Source: Candidatus Eiseniibacteriota bacterium | GTDB taxonomy: Bacteria > ARS69 | DNA length: 30,305 nucleotides | NCBI GenBank assembly: GCA_052390515.1 | Contig: JBQTGV010000059.1 | Span: 1-30,305, forward strand | Reading direction: 5' to 3' | Shown: piece by piece, positions 26,494 through 30,305 of the stretch | How positions within the stretch are numbered: position 1 is the first letter of the stretch | Layout: every line of letters starts with the position of its first letter | Translations under genes and position numbers: made by a program | Notes under the pieces: generated by a model | What the model was told of the DNA's origin: nothing | Database searches by the model: none | What the model saw: the letters and a program-made list of their open reading frames with translations, nothing else

Positions 26494-26805
26494 GCGCAGC
26501 ATCCGGTGGGTGGTGAGCGCGGCCTCGGGGTGGGAGCCGGTCGACCTTCCGAACGCCTACTCTCGAGGTTCCGAGTGCCCGGGAATGTCGGGCCGGCGCT
26601 GTTCGCGGATCGCGCAGCGGCGGTCGAATCGGCCATTCGGGTAGTTCCGACCTGCTGGGTAACCTCGTCGGGCTCGTCGGCGGCGGGCGCCTGTCCTGAA
26701 GGTGAACATGACCTCCCGTATTCGTGGAGGTCTCGGACTGCAAGTCTTTGTAGAAAGCGCGTTTCCGAGAGGATTCGCGAGGGGTCCTGGCGACGGTGCA
26801 CCCCC

Positions 26806-26821
26806 CGGCACCGGTCTTGCT
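26806..26821 (+). promoter_or_regulatory. Sigma54-type (-24/-12) promoter for the lipoprotein gene
   Basis: CGGCACCGGTCTTGCT vs consensus TGGCAC-N5-TTGCW; IHF-like CAAGTCTTTG at 26741-26750. Confidence 0.68.
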
Positions 26822-26917
26822 CGTAACCATCGGCTCGCGAGGGTGCGTCCCCTCGCGCTCAACGATCGCGCAGCTGCCGCCGAAACCTCGGCGAGCGCGC
26901 GGCGGACGAGGAGACTG

Positions 26918-28201
26918 ATGAAACGGCAAACTCGACAGACCCGCTTGCTCGCGCTGGTGCTCGGTGTGCTCGCGGCGGCCGCCCTCGGCTGCGGCGAGGC
27001 CATCGACGGGCAGAACGGCGTGCCCACCGCGAACAACGACACGGATGACTCGATCGGGGGCGGTGATCTGCCGACCGGACCGTTCGGGCGGATCCACTAC
27101 TCCGACCTCACGTACCTCGGCGCTTTCAAGTGTCCCGACCAGGCGTCGTTCTCCTGGCCGGTCGGCGCGCTCGCGCACATTCCAACTCGAAACACGCTCG
27201 TCGTGATCGGCAAGACCACGGGCATGAACTGGTTCGAGATCTCGATACCCCCGCCGGTGATCTCGCCGACGAAGAACCCGGCGGATCTCAACGAGGCGGT
27301 GGACCTCTCCGGCTGGATGGACGTCCTGGCGCCGATTCACACGAAGCTCGCACCGGCGGGAGACGTGGGCGGATTGGCCTGGTTCGAGGGGAGGATCTGG
27401 GCGGGCACGTACGAGTTCTACAACGTCGCAGGGCGGGACAATCTGGGCATCTCCTCGGTGGACGAGAACTTCGGCGATGCCCGTGGCGCCTGGCGCGTCG
27501 GCCCGCCGAACGTCAACACGCCGAGCGTGGACACCTTCCACGCGAACAAGACCCACGCGGATGTCGTCGTCATCCCGGAGGCGTGGTCGAACCAGTTCAC
27601 GCCGGGCAAGCGGCTGGCGGGCGGCCGGCACCGCGAGGCCGGCGCGTTCGGCGGCGGCCGGGGGCCGGCGCTGTACGCCTTCACTGCGGACTTCAACGCG
27701 CCGCACGGCGCGGACCTCGGCGGAGTTCCGCTCATGTTCTACCAGGAGTACGGCAACGTCTTCCCCGAGTACCGCAAGGCCGACGAGTACCACTCCACGT
27801 GGATCTGGTCCGCGGATCAACAGCGGCAGGCGGTCATCGTCTCGGTGGCGAAGGGGCTGGGCCCGAACTACTACGGGACCGGTGTCTCTTGCGACCCGGC
27901 GAAGGGCTGGCACGGGTATCCCTACGAGCCGCGGCTGTACTTCGTGGACGTGAACGATCTCGGCGCGGTCGCGTCCGGCAGCCTGGAGCCCTGGGCCGTT
28001 CGCGCCTACGAGATGGTCGTCCCCAACGACATCGCCTGGCGGTCCCCGACGGATCCCGGCGCGGATCCGAACTGCCGTCTCGACTGGTTCAAGGGCTTTG
28101 CCTTCGACTCCGAGCGCGGACTGCTCTACGCATCTCAGCCACAGGCCTACCTCGTGCCGCAGTCGAACCGCATGATCATCCACGTCTGGCAGGTGAACTG
28201 A
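26918..28201 (+). CDS. Lipoprotein of unknown function (427 aa, beta-rich, possibly a propeller)
   Basis: GAGGAG RBS, ATG at 26918; basic N-region, hydrophobic stretch, lipobox ALGC; strongly GC3-biased codons; rich in aromatic residues and Gly. Confidence 0.8.
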   Translation: MKRQTRQTRLLALVLGVLAAAALGCGEAIDGQNGVPTANNDTDDSIGGGDLPTGPFGRIHYSDLTYLGAFKCPDQASFSWPVGALAHIPTRNTLVVIGKTTGMNWFEISIPPPVISPTKNPADLNEAVDLSGWMDVLAPIHTKLAPAGDVGGLAWFEGRIWAGTYEFYNVAGRDNLGISSVDENFGDARGAWRVGPPNVNTPSVDTFHANKTHADVVVIPEAWSNQFTPGKRLAGGRHREAGAFGGGRGPALYAFTADFNAPHGADLGGVPLMFYQEYGNVFPEYRKADEYHSTWIWSADQQRQAVIVSVAKGLGPNYYGTGVSCDPAKGWHGYPYEPRLYFVDVNDLGAVASGSLEPWAVRAYEMVVPNDIAWRSPTDPGADPNCRLDWFKGFAFDSERGLLYASQPQAYLVPQSNRMIIHVWQVN

Positions 28202-28352
28202 CCCGGTCGACGGGCGCTTCCGCCTCGAGGCGGCGGCGCCCGCCCCCTGGCCCCGGAACACCGGCCCTCCCGGCGACGCGCGATTTCGACTACCCTTTCC
28301 GGAACTCCCGGACCCCCGGGGGTACGCCGGACCCACGGACGGAGCGCGTCCC

Positions 28353-29816
28353 TTGCTTTCCGCGAGCCACAAGGTAGCGCCGCCGGAACGCTTCGGCTCG
28401 GTCGAGCCGCTGGGTCCCTGGCGGGCACGGAGCGCCGCCCGGCTGCTCGGCAGGACCCCGGTGGTGGCCGCGCTCGCCGCGTCCGTCCTCGGCATCGTCG
28501 CCGCGAAGCTGGTGCTGACGCATCACCCCCGTGTGGCGCTCGCGCTGTTCGGTGTCGTGGTCGCCGGGGTGCTGGTGCTCCTCGAGCCGGCGATCGGCGT
28601 GCTCGCGTACTACGTCCTCGCGTTCATGCGGCCCCACGAGACGCTCTGGGGGCTCGGCAACACGCGCTTCACGCTCCTGCTCTCCGTCTTCACGCTCGGT
28701 GCGACGGCGCTGCACTTCGCGCTCCGCCCGAACCTCGCCTTCCTGTGGCGCAAGCAGACGATCTTCATCTGCCTGCTGTGGCTGTTCCTGCACCTCTCCT
28801 CGCAGCGACACGAGATCGGTCCCGACCAGATCCGCTGGCTCGACTACTACAACAAGATGTTCCTGATCTACTTCGTCACGCTCGCCCTGCTGAACTCCGA
28901 GCGTTGGCTGTGGTGGCTGGCCTGGGTCATCGCGATCTCGATCGGGTACCTGGCCATTTGGGCGAACGAGATGTATTTCCTCGAGGGGTGGGCGACGGTG
29001 CACGGGCCGGGCAAGCGGGGAGCGACGTACTTCGACGAGAACGACTTCGCCATGATCCTCGGCGCGGTCGTGCCCTTCTGCTGGTACCTGATCGGTGCCT
29101 CCAAGCACCTCGTGGTTCGCGCCGCCATGCTCGGACTGCTCGTCCTGGCGGCGCACGGCGTGATGGTCACGTTCTCGCGGGGCGGGTTCCTCGGCCTCGG
29201 CGTGTCGATGGGGATCCTGCTGCTTCGCATGAAGCGGCGCGGGCTCGCCGTGCTGGTGGGTTGCGTGGCCCTGGGCGGCTTCGTCGCCGTGACCGGACCA
29301 CGCTACATCGGGCGCATGCTCACCATCACGAACTACGAGGAGGACAAGTCCGCGACGGGAAGGCTGGACTCCTGGCGAACCGGCCTGCGCATGATCGGCT
29401 CGAGCCCGATCTTCGGCATCGGCTTCAAGCGCTACGTCGAGGAGTATCCCAACTTCGCAAAGACCCACGCCCGGGAGGCGCACAATTCCTGGGTGCAGCT
29501 CGGCGCGGAGTGCGGACTGGTCGCGGTGAGCAGCCACTTGGCGCTGGTGATCCTGACCCTGGCCGCTCTCGTGCGGGTGAGGCGGCGGCTCCCGCTCCTG
29601 CCGGACGAGAGCCGGCGCCAGACGGAGGCGCTCGCCGGGATGTACGAGGCGTCGCTCCTCGGCTATCTCGTCACGGGCTTCTTCCTGTCCATGGAGGATT
29701 TCGAGTTCTTCTACCTCCTCGTGGCCATGGCGCAGATCCTGGATCGCGTCACCGAGGAGCGGGTGCTCGCCCGCGAGGCCGCCGGCGAGGAACCGGGGCG
29801 CCCCGTTCCCGCGTGA
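28353..29816 (+). CDS. O-antigen ligase-family protein resembling exosortase-associated O-glycosylation ligases (TIGR03097-like)
   Basis: TTG start with GGAG 8 nt upstream; FMRPHETLWG, GP...FDENDFA, TFSRGGFL, SATGRLDSW, PIFGIG, AHNSWVQLGAECG (Wzy_C HN motif). Confidence 0.87.
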   Translation: MLSASHKVAPPERFGSVEPLGPWRARSAARLLGRTPVVAALAASVLGIVAAKLVLTHHPRVALALFGVVVAGVLVLLEPAIGVLAYYVLAFMRPHETLWGLGNTRFTLLLSVFTLGATALHFALRPNLAFLWRKQTIFICLLWLFLHLSSQRHEIGPDQIRWLDYYNKMFLIYFVTLALLNSERWLWWLAWVIAISIGYLAIWANEMYFLEGWATVHGPGKRGATYFDENDFAMILGAVVPFCWYLIGASKHLVVRAAMLGLLVLAAHGVMVTFSRGGFLGLGVSMGILLLRMKRRGLAVLVGCVALGGFVAVTGPRYIGRMLTITNYEEDKSATGRLDSWRTGLRMIGSSPIFGIGFKRYVEEYPNFAKTHAREAHNSWVQLGAECGLVAVSSHLALVILTLAALVRVRRRLPLLPDESRRQTEALAGMYEASLLGYLVTGFFLSMEDFEFFYLLVAMAQILDRVTEERVLAREAAGEEPGRPVPA

Positions 29817-29823
29817 GACGCGC

Positions 29824-30305
29824 GTGCTGGTGAATCGCGATTTCGTCGTCCTGTCCGACGATTGGGGCCGGCACCCATCCAGCTGCCAGCACCTCTTCCG
29901 GCGTCTCTCGCGGCGCAACCGCGTGCTGTGGGTGAACACGATCGGAACGCGCACGCCGCGGCTCTCGCGGTCGGATCTGGCTCGCGCGGCGGCCAAGCTC
30001 CGCGAGTGGACCCGGCCGGCGCCGGCGGAGCCCGCCGGCGAGCCCGTGCGCGTCATCCGTCCGTTCATGACGCCGTTCGATCGCTGGCGGATCTTCCGCT
30101 CGGGGAACGCGAAGCTCGTTCGCCGTGCCGTGACCCGGGCCATGGCTCTCGGCGGGTTCCGTGACGCGGTCGTCGTCTCCACCATCCCGAACGCCGCCGG
30201 CGTGATGGGACGTCTCGGCGAAGCGTCGAGCGTCTACTACTGCGTCGACGAGTACTCGGAGTGGCCCGGGGCCGATCGCAAGGCCATGCTGGAGATGGAG
30301 GGCGA
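29824..30305 (+). CDS. TuaH-like glycosyltransferase, N-terminal part (truncated by window edge; absent from the ORF track)
   Basis: Open frame from GTG 29824: MLVNRDFVVLSDDWGRHPSSCQHLFRRLSRRNRVLWVNTIGTRTP...VYYCVDEYSEWPG. Confidence 0.8.
   Translation, partial: MLVNRDFVVLSDDWGRHPSSCQHLFRRLSRRNRVLWVNTIGTRTPRLSRSDLARAAAKLREWTRPAPAEPAGEPVRVIRPFMTPFDRWRIFRSGNAKLVRRAVTRAMALGGFRDAVVVSTIPNAAGVMGRLGEASSVYYCVDEYSEWPGADRKAMLEMEG

Noticed and set aside
26506-26826. 106-aa ORF downstream of the sigma70-like promoter
   Set aside because: GTG start without RBS, no GC3 bias or recognisable motif, and it overlaps the sigma54 promoter; cannot be fully excluded as leaderless.
28297-28323. Palindromes TTCCGGAA and ACCCCCGGGGGT upstream of the ligase gene
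   Set aside because: Low-complexity GC palindromes with no loop or U-tract; not distinguishable from chance.
1-30305. CRISPR array, tRNA/rRNA, transposase or integrase
   Set aside because: No regularly spaced repeat-spacer units, no cloverleaf or rRNA-like segments, and no recombinase motifs were seen.

Overview
High-GC (roughly 70%) bacterial chromosomal window, densely coding, with no rRNA, tRNA, CRISPR or mobile element that I can support. Left part (1-12.7 kb): the 5' part of a membrane-anchored multiheme cytochrome c gene interrupted by an in-frame TAA, an HDOD-GGDEF diguanylate cyclase, an AftB-like GT-C membrane glycosyltransferase, a DUF2225-like protein, an AsmA-family protein, a DUF2064/TIGR04282-like transferase, a very small PEP-CTERM protein with its own terminator, and a heterodimeric ABC exporter. 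Right part (12.7-30.3 kb): a surface-glycan locus resembling PEP-CTERM/exosortase-associated loci. It contains a priming sugar transferase, Wza, a split Wzc (chain-length protein plus BY-kinase), two UPF0104 flippase-like proteins, Wzx, an AsnB-type amidotransferase, two GT4 enzymes, a secreted beta-helix protein ending in a WGxVKxxFR tail, an unknown lipoprotein, an O-antigen-ligase-like protein and a truncated TuaH-like glycosyltransferase. Most notable: the nonsense codon in the cytochrome, the candidate C-terminal sorting motif, the minimal PEP-CTERM protein, an Arg-rich DRR insert in the priming transferase (possible c-di-GMP link), and two sigma54-type promoters. All family calls come from motif recognition by eye, not from database searches.
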